A DNA stretch of 64,000 nucleotides from Raja brachyura (taxonomy: Eukaryota), in the NCBI GenBank assembly GCA_963514005.1, contig OY740792.1, positions 61,566,001-61,630,000 on the forward strand, in the 5' to 3' direction. Positions 25,200 to 37,949 of the stretch are shown here, piece after piece (within the stretch, counting starts at the first letter, position 1; every line of letters starts with the position of its first letter). The position numbers and the translations under genes are program-made. The notes under the pieces are model-generated. The model was not told where the DNA came from. It worked only from the letters and a program-made list of their open reading frames with translations, and ran no database searches.

Positions 25200-25785
25200 A
25201 TTTAATGTAATTTGACAGTTGTTCTTACCAAGTGAGGACACATATCTAAGTAGTTGAAACATTGACCAATCTTAACTGATGCTGAATGAAATACATTGAT
25301 GCCGTTTCCTGTAAAACTAGTTCAGTATTTTTAATGACGTCTGTCTCTGGTAGCACATGAAGACGACATTGTGTTATAAATAATAATCACACTCAGTGTA
25401 TAATACTGTACAATATGCTTTATTGCCTGCTAGGAAATAATGCGAGATTAACACTGCAGCAGCATACAGCATTATAACAGAGGGAAAGGAAAACTGTTTC
25501 AATCACAAAACTAAACACAGGCAATAAACAGTACGCGATATAAAATGATCATCTGTCAAATTATGCAACTTTTATATAATTAGTGGCTTTAAACTCTTAA
25601 TTATCAGTAGTAAAATTTCTGAATTCAATTTCTACAGAGCATATTAGTAAGAAATATATACGGGACTCTGCTCAAAGCAATACAAAGGAGCTATGTACAC
25701 AGGCACCATCTGTAACAAGAACTGATTCTCCTGTAATAGGGATATCCTAACATCACCAAGAATTAATTCTGCTTCACTTTTTCAG

Positions 25786-25806
25786 AATTATACTTCACTG
25801 AAATGA
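25786..25806 (+). CDS. Candidate terminal coding exon NYTSLK* (alternative acceptor at 25638 gives SILVRNIYGTLL...HHL*)
   Basis: ctaac branch-like motif, pyrimidine tract and ttcag acceptor; phase 0 gives a YxxL motif then stop. The choice between acceptors cannot be resolved from DNA. Confidence 0.35.
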   Translation, partial: NYTSLK

Positions 25807-26825
25807 CTCTTCCAGGAACATCAAAGCGATGACCCACTGCAGTCCCCCGGTTACCGTAAGTGTGTGTTCACCAAGTAGCTTACAATCCCTGTTCCCTGCA
25901 AGATTCAGCAACGACAACAGTCATGCCATTAACCCTTTCAATGTATATTATGAACTGTAGTACTCTGTGGAACACAGTGCAGCTAAATGCTGCGTTGTCT
26001 ACTTTGTTGCCGGCAACAATAGTAAAAAAGGCAAATGTTTCAATATATTGATGATCACCACCACTGCTCTTGTTACCAAGGCTGCAGGTGGTTTTAAACA
26101 CCACCGTCTGACAAACCACAGGAGCCATGTCCAAGCACTGTGGTCTCCCTGTAGCACAAGGTGAGCCAGGACCCCTGGACATCAACTAACTCACTGCAGT
26201 GGATCTCAGAGCTTCGCAGCCGGTGGGGGAATTCTTGTCTTTCAAAGTCCCTGCTCTTTGGGTGTCTGTTGACACAGACAACAAAGTCCAAAGAGACCCG
26301 TTGTATCTGGGACCTGCACTGAGCAAAGAGCCATCAGCCTCTGGCGCTTGGATATGAGTGAGGAATTGTATTGCGGGAAATGTAACGTCAATGTTTTGGT
26401 GAATGAAGTTATGCCATAAAGTGCCTGATCCAGGAATTTGATCAGTCCCTTCCTGAGTTTTCCATGGATTACGTGCCGTAATGGCACGATGGGTAGCGAT
26501 GATTACAGTGACACATCTGAAACTTCCATGTTGGCGGTACAATCAATGTGGAACAACAGGATCAAAGGCCTCCAACAACTGAAGGGAAGAACTCCCTCTC
26601 CTAATGCAGAATTAATATCAAAACCACCGGTTCATGCAAGGATGTGGGTAGTTTCCCAGAGTAAAGGAAAGTCAGTCACTGGACAGTCCAGCCCTTGGGA
26701 GGCAGAGTGGACGTTCACTTCAAGAAACATCTCCACACTCTGCTAAATATTGGGGAGTTAGCATTGAATTCAGAGAACCCAAAGAAAGTCATAAAATAGC
26801 TCTATTTCAATAACTGCTTCAATCT

Positions 26826-27330
26826 AGAGGAGAAAGCAGGAGAAAGCACTGATTGGCTCTAGCCCAAGTGGGAGGAGAGTTCTCAGTGAGTCAGAGGGGG
26901 AAAGCAGTTCCTCAAAACTGAGGAATTTGGTTTGTAAATTAGGCAATTGAACAGTCAATATAAGCAAGGCAGCTCTTGGGGAGCGGCCTTGTGAGGGAAG
27001 TGCCCTGTGAGTAAAGTGTGAGTCTTTGGCTCGAGAGTCTTCGGCGAGGAGGCTGCGCAAAATACTGGATAGGGCGAGACCGAGGCAAAAGAAGATGTCA
27101 AGCAAGCTGATGCAGTGTGATGCTTGCAGTATAAAAAATAAAAAAAAAGCTATATTTAAGAGGGCGTTAGATGTGGCACTTGTGGCTAAAGGGATCAGGG
27201 GGTATGGAGAGAAGGCAGGTACGGGATACTGAGTTGGATGATCAGCCATGATCACATTGAATGGCGGTGCAGGCTCGAAGGGCCGAATGGCCTACTCCTG
27301 CACCTATTTTCTATGTTTCTATGTTTCTAG
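26826..27330 (+). mobile_element. Bipartite CR1 derivative (5' UTR and ORF1 start joined through an A-tract to the 3' end)
   Basis: 26990-27130 matches the 5' end of the CR1 at 62485-62632; 27150-27330 matches the CR1 3' end with its tttctatg repeats. Confidence 0.8.
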
Positions 27331-29121
27331 ACTTTTATTGGAATCAAAATTACTACGTGAACCTAGAATGGAAATTACACAAAGAATTTGGAGTTCAAAC
27401 TAAATCTATTAAAAGACAATAAATGAGTAATGTAAATTATTGTTTTCTAGGCTGCATAATGGATTTACGTTGTGACTGGTGGACACAAGATAACGATCAC
27501 GCTTCCTGTTGAAAGTTCCTTATTTCAAATTGTTTGATATTAATCAAGCATTAAATACGTACTTTGCTGTGTTAATTATCTTGCTTAATTCAAATATTAG
27601 CGATTTTTATTTTAAGTGCAAAAAGCATTAGACAAATACTGAAATGTACCTGTTGGGCTGGGATGACTGGTGGGTGGACTAATCTTCCTTTAAAACACTT
27701 TGATAATATTTCAACCAAAGCTTAAAGGTTATGGTTTATATATTGACAGAAACTAATGCTGAACCGCTAAACTAATCGACATAGATCTGACTCTCTGCGG
27801 TATTTGACTATCTGCTGTTTATTCTAATGAAATACAATTCCTTTAATACTTCTTGTGAATCAGAAAACATCCCTGTATTTTTGGTATTAAAATTAAAATC
27901 AACTATACATTATTACATCAATCTATCCCCATCCAAAAAAATTAAATATTTCTGTCTATTGCTGCGCTACCATTTACAAATACACGACTGGAATCATTTT
28001 AATTGGCCAAAACAAATTTGTGCATATAAATTATTAAATTGCATCATGGATTTGGTCAACACATTAGGTGCATTGCACTGCTCTCTGCCTCACTTCAGGC
28101 TACCTGTGCTGGCCACCTGTGTTTAACGGCAGGTAAGCACCAGCTTATCACTGAATATCCTCTCTCTCTCATTAATTGGGTATTTTACTGGTCCAGTTAT
28201 TATGGTCAAGGCTGAAACCTGCGACCACACGAGTCTGATATAAACACACAAGTTCATACACACTACAGGCTTGGTAGACGGACTTTGCTTTCAAATCTAG
28301 ATTTACCAAAATTATTTTTTCTTAATTCAGCTTCAAACAATGTGTAAGAAACACTATCGTAAATGAATCTTTTCGCTACAAATATGTTGCTGCAGCAGTT
28401 ATATAACTAAGACGTAACAATATTAAAGGGTTTACCTTTTGTAAAGCCACATTGGTTTTCAGTTCCAATTTCAGAGAAACCTCATCGTTTTTGGCCAAAT
28501 CAATATCTGCTTTGTTTGCTAATCTATGCTTCCCAATTGGAGATAAAAAGGAAATTACAAGTTATATTATCTGTTAAAGTTCTAACCATTTAAAATAAAC
28601 ACCTGCAATAAAATTGTGCATGTTAGAGCTGAATTATGAAATTCCATCTAGACGTGTGGAGCAATACCCCTAGTTCTCTAGTCTGAATAAATTATTCATT
28701 ACAGGCAGCAATAGTTTGTTGCCATTCCCATTCTAATTCAGAGTATTCTTTAACAACAAGCCTATTAATTCTCAGCAACAATTATTTATTTGTATGACAC
28801 AGGGTCAGAAAAATCGAGTGACTTATCAACTTGGTCTCAAACAAACTTAACTGGGCTAAGTTTCCAATCAGAACGAGACACATCTCCCATCTTTGTAGGC
28901 AACAGAGTTATGCCTTAAAGAAGGCTCAACTGCCTCCTTCCTCCCTACAGGAGTATGACCTCCTGCTACACACACAAGACTATCCTTACTGTCTCACCCA
29001 TTACACTCACAATGGAAATAGTGACTGGTCATTGCATTTATTCATAACAAAAGCTACTTAAAATACACAAATATAAATTATGCATATGATGCTTTGTAAG
29101 TAAAACACTTAAATTGAAGAT

Positions 29122-29766
29122 GAAGATGTCCGTATTGGACTATGGTGATGTTTTATATATGAATGCATCTTCAAAATACCTACAGTCTTTGGACACGGTC
29201 TACTATGGAGCAATGAGATTTGATACTCATTTTAAAACCCTCACGCACCACTGCTCTTTGTATGCTCAAGTTGGATGGTTTGCCCTGTCCACCCGCAGAC
29301 TCCATCATTGGCATATCCTTATTTATAGGACTATCCTCGGTGTTATTCCTTCATACCTGCAGAAGTATGTAATTCGAAAAAGCACAGGAACTTATCAGCT
29401 CTGCTCTGAGGACTTGTTCTTACTAACTGTACCTAATGTCCGTACTGAACTGGGGAAAAGGGCATTTAGTTCTGCTGCTCCCTTCGCATGGAACCAGCTG
29501 CAGAATGAACTGAAACTTAAGGAGCTGGTTTCTACAAACAGATTTAAATCTCTTCTTAATGATGTTGAAGCGGGCTCTTCTGTCTGTACATGCTTTGTTT
29601 GATGATGTTATGACTGTGACTCTATATGTTCTCTGTTGTTTTTAAATTGTCTGTAACTGGGGAACTGTCTTGGCCAGGACTCTCTTGTAAAAGAGATTTT
29701 TAATCTCAATGAGACTTCTCCTGCTTAAATAAAGGTTAAATAAATAAAATAAATTAGATAAATTTA
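29122..29766 (+). mobile_element. L2/CR1-group LINE 3' end with a 34-bp target duplication
   Basis: VLDYGDVLY...THHCSLY..VGW..L..RR..HW...RTELGKRAFSSAAPFAWNQL; aaataaaggttaaataaa tail; identical 34-mers at 29088-29121 and 29767-29800. Confidence 0.85.
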
Positions 29767-32700
29767 GATGCTTTGTAAGTAAAACACTTAAATTGAAGAT
29801 TAGATAAATCCTCTGTACAAACCAGGCTGTGACTGTCCGGACTTTTCCCCTACAGATTAAAATAAATTCTTAGGTTACTAAAATGAACGACGTAACATGT
29901 AGGGGACATTATATAATTTTAGTTACACGTTAATCTCAAGCAGTCCCAGTGGGTGGAACCATTTAGGAGCCTCACAGAATTATTGCCACTTACGCAGATG
30001 TAGTATGATAGAAGGATTGTTGTGGTCAAAATCATCTCTGAATTGATTTGATAACTCAATCCTCAACGATTCAGCATTAAAAAAAAATCTGAATAAAATT
30101 TGGTAACATGCAACCCTGATTTATAAATATTTGAGGAATTTTTCCAATAGTAATTTTGTCCAATATCAAGATGCCAATGAATGAAATGCCATGAGGAAAG
30201 CATCCATTTGCAGGTGATGGTGATGAAGGTTCATCGCCTGCTGTTCACGGTGACGATCCCTACTCTTTCTCCCACAGCCTCATGTTCACCGGGTCATATC
30301 GGCTCTCTATCAAACTTCTCCTAAAGTTATGGTATTGGGGCTTGGCCTGGAGAAGGTTCTGGCACACACCCAATTCTCACACGGTTTGTCCCTTCAGATG
30401 CACACAAAGGCCAAAGTGAATGTGCAGATGTTTCAGAGGAGTTATCAATGAGCCACCCCCGCAGCCAACAACATTCATCCTACTGCCCCCTGCTGTACAA
30501 CAGTGGCATTGACAGCAAACTCGCCCTGTGCTCGCCACTGCTGGCCGGCCCCTGCAGCAACAACAGTAGCAGCATTACAGAGAGGATGTGTCTGTCCTCC
30601 CTGCTCTCCCTCATCCACTAATTCTCAAGTTGTCCATTGTAAGCAACTGGCCACACTCAAGGAACAGGCACCATGGCAGAGTTGGGGCATCCAATTACCG
30701 CTGTTACAACCTCACACGTGTCTATGTTGGTGATCAAATGTTGCAGTCTTTTCACATGCTAAAAAAAGTGATATCAAGTGCAATAAGCTATACTTCAAAA
30801 TAGTCACACTCTCTCGCTATAGTTCAAAGAAGGGAGTTCATCGATGAACTCGATGTCCCACCTATCAATGTCATGGAAACTTCACTTAACAGTAAAACAA
30901 ACAAAATAAATGCAAAAATACAATGAATTATATTCTACTTGGTCAGGCATAAAAAGTAGACATTTTTATCATTATACTCAACTTGTGAAAAAGCATTGTA
31001 ACATTTAAATACAGTTACTTTGTGTACTTCTCCATTTTAAATATTAGCTAGACTTTGGGCAAAAGCTGGTTTCTACAACAAGGAAAGACGTTATTTCTAA
31101 TGACAAGCAAAGGATGACAATTTCACAAAACTTGGACAAGATGTTATTTACAGCTAGTGTGGAAAAGAGAAACCAAATATTGTATGAAGCGCGGCGATGT
31201 CCGCTTGTGTGAAAGATCATGTCACCAGGATGGGCTGTCTGGGCACATTATGCCTCACCATCACTTGTATACTCTGCAGCTTCTGCACAAATTAACGGCC
31301 AATTTCCAAATTAAACGCAGGAAGAGCACGTTTGTTTACAGCTCCCTGTGTTGTTCTGTTGGGAAAAGTGCATCCATCTTGTGTGTCAGCTCAGAATATG
31401 TGGCGGTCTCAATCAGTCTGACCAATTTATTGAGATTGTCATAGAATGATACAGCACGGAAACAGGCCCTTCAGCAGAACCTGCCCATTCTGACCAAGTT
31501 GCCCCATCTACAGCAGTCCCACCTGCCCGTGTTTGGCCCATGTCCGTACAAGCCTTTACTATCCATGTGCCTATCGAAATGTCTTTTAAAAGTTGTTATT
31601 GTAGCTCCCACAACTATGTGCAGATAGGTTTGTTTAAATTTTGAAAGTTTAGTTTAGTGATACAGCGCAGAAACAGGCCCTTCGGCCCATCGAGTCCCCA
31701 CCGACAAGCGATCCCCGCATACTTACACTACCCTCCACACACTAGGGGGCAATTTACAATTTTACCAAGCTAATTAACCTAGAAACCTGTGCGTCTTTGG
31801 AAGGGAACCGAAGATCTCGGAGAAAAGCCACACAGGTCACGAGGAAAATGAACAAACTACGTACAGATCAAAGATCTTTGTTAAAGATAACACCCGTAGT
31901 CAGGATCGAACCCAGGTCTCGGCCGCTGTAAGGCGTCAACTCCACCGCTGCACCACCGTGCCGCAGATAGATAAGGGTTGGTCTTGGCATCATGTTCAGC
32001 ACGGACATTGTGGGCCGAAGGGCCTGTCTCTGTGCTTTACTGTTCCATGCTCTTGAAATGAACCATTTTGTCTCTGTTTGTTTTGCCACACATAGTAGAT
32101 TTTTAAACCACATTTTAAATCCTAGATTCCCGACAATGGAGAGAGCTCAAATTGAGTGCTAAACTCGTGTTGCCGCCGTCTTCTCTGCCTTGGTTTGATC
32201 TACCTCTGCAAGCTGCCGTGCTAGTGACTCACTATGACGGGCAACATGAGACAGGCCATCTAGTGAGAATATAACAAATACGTTGCTTGCAGTGATCCAT
32301 TGTAATGACGCTCCACTTGAAAGCATAGGCGGCCTGGTAAATTGTATAATTTATCACCACTGTCGTACGTAACGATTCTAGGCACGATGACCTGCATTTA
32401 ATTACAACCCAACACATTATAGTGTCACACTGTACAACCTCACACTCTCAAGTGGGCATTTAGATCATCGAGTTTAAATGTATGTAGCTCTCGGTGTGTG
32501 GAACATGCACTGGGAGTTTAGTGTGTGTCCATGCTCCACGCCGTGAATATTTACATGTACAACTCTAACGCTGCAGCTGGCCCATACAATTACTCCAGCA
32601 TCTTGTGTCTGTCTTCAGTGTAAACCAGCATCTGCAGTTCCTTCCTACACGATGCAATAACTCTGAAGGTTCGAGACCTGGAGCCATCGTGAGAATAATT

Positions 32701-35107
32701 TACCAGACGGCAACATTAATCTTGGTAGGCACGTTTATCAGTTAAATGGCGTGTGTCCAATTGGTGTCCGTACTTGCCGACTATTTGCTGACATGGAGAT
32801 GATCCTAAAATATAAATTTAAATATTAAAAAAAGAAAATATAGGCTCCAATTGATGCCGGATTACATGATGAATCCATACTCAAAATGTGTGGCAGATGA
32901 GGATATACTTATACACTCTGCATTAGCCCAGGTCACTAGCAGTGCATGGACAAAACTCCAGCTAACTACCGCTGTATAATTCATAAAGGGGGCCATGCTG
33001 ATGACAGCATCATTGGCTCTGGCCACGTGTGTGAACAGATAGGAAAGCAAGGGACTGCAGATGCTGGATTACAAAAAAGACACAAAGTGCCAGACTAACT
33101 CAACAGGCCAGGCAGCAGCTCGTGAGAACATGGAGAGGTGACGTTTCAGGTCGGGTCTCTTCGCCCTGACCTGCCCGCCAGTGGGAGGGTCTTGGACTAG
33201 AGGTCATAGCCTCAGAATTAAAGGGCGTAGGTATTGAGAGTTTCGGAACTCAGGGACAGGGTTCCAAGCTTCAAGAAGCAACACCGTGCTTCATGGAGCT
33301 CCACAAAGCCTACACATTTACTAGAAACAAAGTGCAACTGCTGGCTAATACTCAAAAAAGACACAAAGTGCTGGAGTAACTCAGCAGGTCATGCAGCATC
33401 TCTAGAGACCTTGAATAGGTGACGTTTCGGGTCGGGACCCTTCTTCATACAGAAGGGGATTGTCCAAATTGCAGCATGAAACCAGTTGCCTGACATAGAA
33501 TAGATATTTAATAGTAAGATTAAATGAGAACTTACCTGTTCGAAGTTTGATCTTTATTTTATGAGGAGTTACAATGAGGGATTATGTGAAGAAGCCCCGC
33601 CAGGCGCATGTTCGGCCTACTTCAAAGCAGCGGCGTGAAAAACACAGAACCAATAGCCGGAGTAAGATAGTAAGGCTCACAAAGATTAAAACTACCAGAT
33701 GATCATTTATATTATGAGGGTTGGGAGCGGAGGGCACGTAATCCCTCATCGTAACTCCTCATAAAATAAAGATCAAACTTCGAACAGGTAAGTTCTCATT
33801 TAATCTTACTATTTTACTTCGGAGTCACGTGAGTGACTACATGAAGATTTTAAAGCTCTGTGATTTTCATGCCGTAGATCATTCCATATGACACACTGCT
33901 TCAGTTTACCCAGTAGTGAGTAAATATATATTNNNNNNNNNNNNNNNNNNNNNNNNNNNNNNNNNNNNNNNNNNNNNNNNNNNNNNNNNNNNNNNNNNNN
34001 NNNNNNNNNNNNNNNNNNNNNNNNNNNNNNNNNNNNNNNNNNNNNNNNNNNNNNNNNNNNNNNNNNNNNNNNAAAAAATAAATAAACAGATAAGAATATA
34101 TATACACACACACTTATTTGTTTATTTATTTGTTTATTCATTCTTTTTAATAATAATACGAAAAATAATAACCCCTCTATCCCAGGGGAAATAACAACAA
34201 ATGTTATGCAACAAAGCAAACAATTTTGAACAGGACCCAACACAGCATGTGCAACCCTGGCACTGTAACAACAGGTTTATCATAAAACTAGGAAAGTTTC
34301 TTTTTTAGACCATCCTGCGATCTCCAGAATTTGGTCGAGCGGGACGTCCTGCACTTTCGCCGCGGACTTTGATATCACCCTTGTGGGGTGAGATTTATAC
34401 ACATCAGTGTCTACTCCAGTTAATCCAGAACCTGTTTATCCATCTAGAAATAGTTTGTACTGTCACTTGTATAGGTTTCTTGTGGGAAATGAACATTGGT
34501 GCCTCACAATCTCGGAGACTCTTAATTCAACATATATTAATTCAGATGCTTAACCACACACAATGTTTAGTTGACAGCGTATGTCTTAAAGATTACATTG
34601 GTTCCAGCCTTTCTTGGCTTGCTTTGCTTGCTCAGATCATTAACATAAAATGTTATTTTATCCACAGACAACTGTATACAATCTAACCACAACATTTGTA
34701 ATGTTTGTACTCATTGTGCTGATATTAATGGTATGAACATAACTACTTTAAATATTAACTTCTGAAAAGACACTGTCGTAATTGGAGTCCATTGCCGATG
34801 CAATGTGAGAACTATACTGACATCCCAGATTTCTGAATATCTGGGTTTGATAGAATTTTATTAACATTCCTCTCATAAATCGGGATATTAACAGATGAGA
34901 CCGATAGTTGTCGATTCTGAGATAGTCCTAAATAGGAGGACAAAACACTCCGAGCTCCATTCATGGTACAATTAATACAGTCATGTAATGGATGACTTCT
35001 GCTGTTACTGGATGTACCAACAATTACTGCACCTGGTATTTGTCATGAATGTCTGAATCATTATTTTGAGCATCAATGGGAACAATGGCTGTGTAGTAAT
35101 GTTCCCT

Positions 35108-35179
35108 GGATAAGGGACGCATCAGATATTAACTGATAAGAACAGATACTACACTTGATCTTAGCCAAAAGGCCGAGAA
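35108..35179 (-). pseudogene. RNU2: U2 snRNA 5' fragment (about nt 6-78), truncated pseudogene
   Basis: Reverse complement TTCTCGGCCTTTTGGCTAAGATCAAGTGTAGTATCTGTTCTTATCAGTT-AATATCTGATGCGTCC matches vertebrate U2, including the GTAGTA branch-recognition sequence; no Sm site or 3' half. Confidence 0.92.
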
Positions 35180-36064
35180 CAATACCAATTTGGAACCACC
35201 AAACACCTGCGGCGGAGACTTACTCTATTTTGGTGACACATTGTCTAATCAGACAAAATGGGGAAAACATAAAAGACTATACTTCCCCAATGTAGCGAGA
35301 ATGCATCCACCGCTAATGCTCCTGGGTCTGACTCCCACGAGACACATTTAGACCACTGGAGATTTAATCCAGACACAACAGATCAACATTTGGTACACAT
35401 ACTGTCTGACAATCTTTTTGAAACTTTTTGAATTTTAACATTCATTCTGTATTGTAATTTGCATTTTCGTGATCTGTTGTCTTACCACAGTATTGTATTC
35501 TCCCACAGCTGTGGTATTGTCTACTCGTAATTGAACATGTAAGTTCTTTATTGTAGAACAACAGCTATCAATGCATAAAATGCCCCCAATAACTCCAAAT
35601 AATTCAACCATGTATTTGGCAAATTAATCGTCTTGGACAGTCCATCGACCACCACAACTGGTGTCGCTGTCCTAAGCTCCCCATCCGAGAGAACTCTCAT
35701 CAGTTTGTAATAACACTGAAGACCTCTGAACAAACACATTTTTACTTCTAGTAACTTGTGCAACATTGAGAATCCATCATTGAATTCAACTCAACCTTTA
35801 GTTGGTAACTGCATGGACCTAATCAATAACCTGCACGCTTTTTACTCTTATACTCTGATCTTTGCAGACTTTGATCATGCAGAGGTCCTAATTTGACAGC
35901 ATGAATGCTGCCATCACTTTACCAGTAACCGTAGCTACTTCTTGGATGGTGGGATAATGTCTTTTCCCCAAAACAAATACAGGCATTTGTAACATCCCCA
36001 ACCTTAATTTGTTGATAAAGTTACTCACATATCAACTGTATTAATGACAACCCCAAATAATCAA

Positions 36065-37190
36065 TTGTTCCTTTTTTTTCCCCTTTATTTTGGGTTCTGG
36101 CAGTGTAGACGCTGCTAAGCGTATTACTGCCTTCCACAGTTCAGAGTTTGAACTAGATTCTTACATACAATCCTGTCACATGCAGGAATTGAAGAACAGC
36201 CCTGGATATCAATTGATGTTTCTCATTATGCCCAAACAAAGATAAAACATAAAAAGCCTCAACACCAAGTCCCATCAGTCTAACTAACAATACTTTTCTT
36301 TCTACCCTATACATTTTACATTCTAGGAAAACATGCTTAACTGTCTCATCACTCCCACATTCACACAAGCCAGAAACATGTTTCCCGATAATGTACAAAT
36401 AATAATTTAACCCACAGTGTCCCAATTTCAACCTACACAATTTAACTGAGTCCCTACGAGACAGATGTACAGAAACATATTTTCCTAACTTCAGATTGAA
36501 TAGAAAAGTAATGTCTACCCCCGACTTCCTTTTCCCATCCTCTCTGCCATTCTTTTATTAAGCCCTCTTTAATTATTTCTCTCAATTCCACTCTCCCCAA
36601 TGATACATGAATATCTATTTCTCTTTTTAAACTTTCCTTTGCTACGAGGTCCACCTGCTCACTCCCCCTCACTCCAGCATGCCCAGGAACCCAGCAAAAG
36701 GTGATATTATACGCAAACCCAATTCTGGAAAACACACCCAAGATTTCATTTAGAATGTCAGGACGAGCTTTAGATTTCCCCGCTCTTAAAGTTTCAAGAG
36801 CAGCTACAGAATCGGAACAGATAATGACTTCTCTAAAACTGGCTTCCTCAATCCACCATAGAGCCCATTGAATTGCCATTAAATTCAGTCGTGAGAACAG
36901 AGCTTCCATCAGAAATGCGTCGACCAAACCTCAACCCAAGCTGCTCCACATACACTCCAAACCCAGCTCTCCCACTAACTGGGTCCTTCGATCCATCTGT
37001 GAAAACAATCAAAGTGCTCTCACGAATTAAATTAAAATATTCCATTATTCTTGGAGTCACCTCACGCTTATCTTTTCCCTCAAGAAACACAAGCTCAAAA
37101 ACCAGTTCAGGAAGAACCCAATAGGCCACAGGTAGCCATAACATATGTTCTATAATATACACTCCCCCCTCTTTGTACAGACCCTTAGCC
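36065..37190 (-). mobile_element. I-group/Nimb-like LINE 3' end with RNase H and CCHC knuckle
   Basis: VFTDGSK..GRAGFG, IICSDS, WVPGHAGVRGSEQVD and CECGSDETVKHVFLEC, with frameshifts. Confidence 0.85.
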
Positions 37191-37949
37191 TTTCAATTGG
37201 TTTATGGTTGCTGAACCCAGTTCTTCAGCTGCCTCCCATTTGTAATTAACATATCCTCTAGATAAGTCATTACAATGTGATTCTGAGCCCTCATTAACAC
37301 CAGTGCTGGTTTCAATAATTGTGTGAGCAATCTGAGGGCTGAATTTAACCCATTAAGTAATTCCTTCCCATCCAATTAATTTAAGTACCTGAATAATAAG
37401 GCATCTTTTTTAGGTCTAATAATAGCCATATAGCAGCCTTGTGATAACAACGCTGTTACAGTGTTGAAGTGTACTTTTTTAAATGCCCCCATACTCGTGT
37501 CTGGGATATATTATCTCTACCTGACGAGTTCCTGTTACATTCAAACACCAAGCCGATCAGATTTAATGCAGAATTACAAAACAATTGTAATCTTCCAACC
37601 AACCAGAGGTTGTTTTCCCAGAAATTCCATGTGTGATGGAATGACGTTTCTGTACTTCCGTAAATGAACCAGAAGATCCCTTCTCTTAATATAGGGGTTC
37701 GTATTCAACCTGTTTGTTTTCTCAAAGCAGGGATGAGAAGTTTTATAAGGCAAATATCCTTAATTGTTTGGGCAGTTTTTCATCAATCATAAATCTGGTT
37801 ATAGCTTGCCCACATAATCCTGCATTTTTTGGGTATAAGGTTAGCCAAATGGCAATTTTCATCATACAATTGAGTTCGAATATGCATTGCAGAGTAACGC
37901 AAGCATGTCTTAAAAGTATTGGACATTATCGACCCATGTATAACATATA

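Larger units (their letters stand above)
33510..37940 (-). mobile_element. Decayed DIRS element (RT, RNase H, YR, terminal inverted-repeat structure), interrupted by a Nimb LINE and a U2 fragment
   Basis: Degenerate motifs on the - strand in the expected order: LDLK-DAY (~37410), GLxSA(P)R (~37340), TDxSxxGWGA (~35690), NYLELLGAF (~35595), VDNTTAV (~35515), RYSEIWDVSIVL (~34825), FISHKKP..TISRWI (~34460). Terminal inverted repeats at 33510-33588 and 33735-33813. Confidence 0.75.

Noticed and set aside
25880-26542. Two in-frame - strand ORFs with an Ig-like DNAAFSCTVFHRVL motif
   Set aside because: Internal stop, no convincing B-strand Cys/Trp spacing, and the donor is in phase 2; more likely antisense of the receptor's 3' UTR. 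A profile search would settle it.
27440-31440. Isolated splice-like sites suggesting a third gene
   Set aside because: No consistent reading frame or recognisable domain could be assembled.
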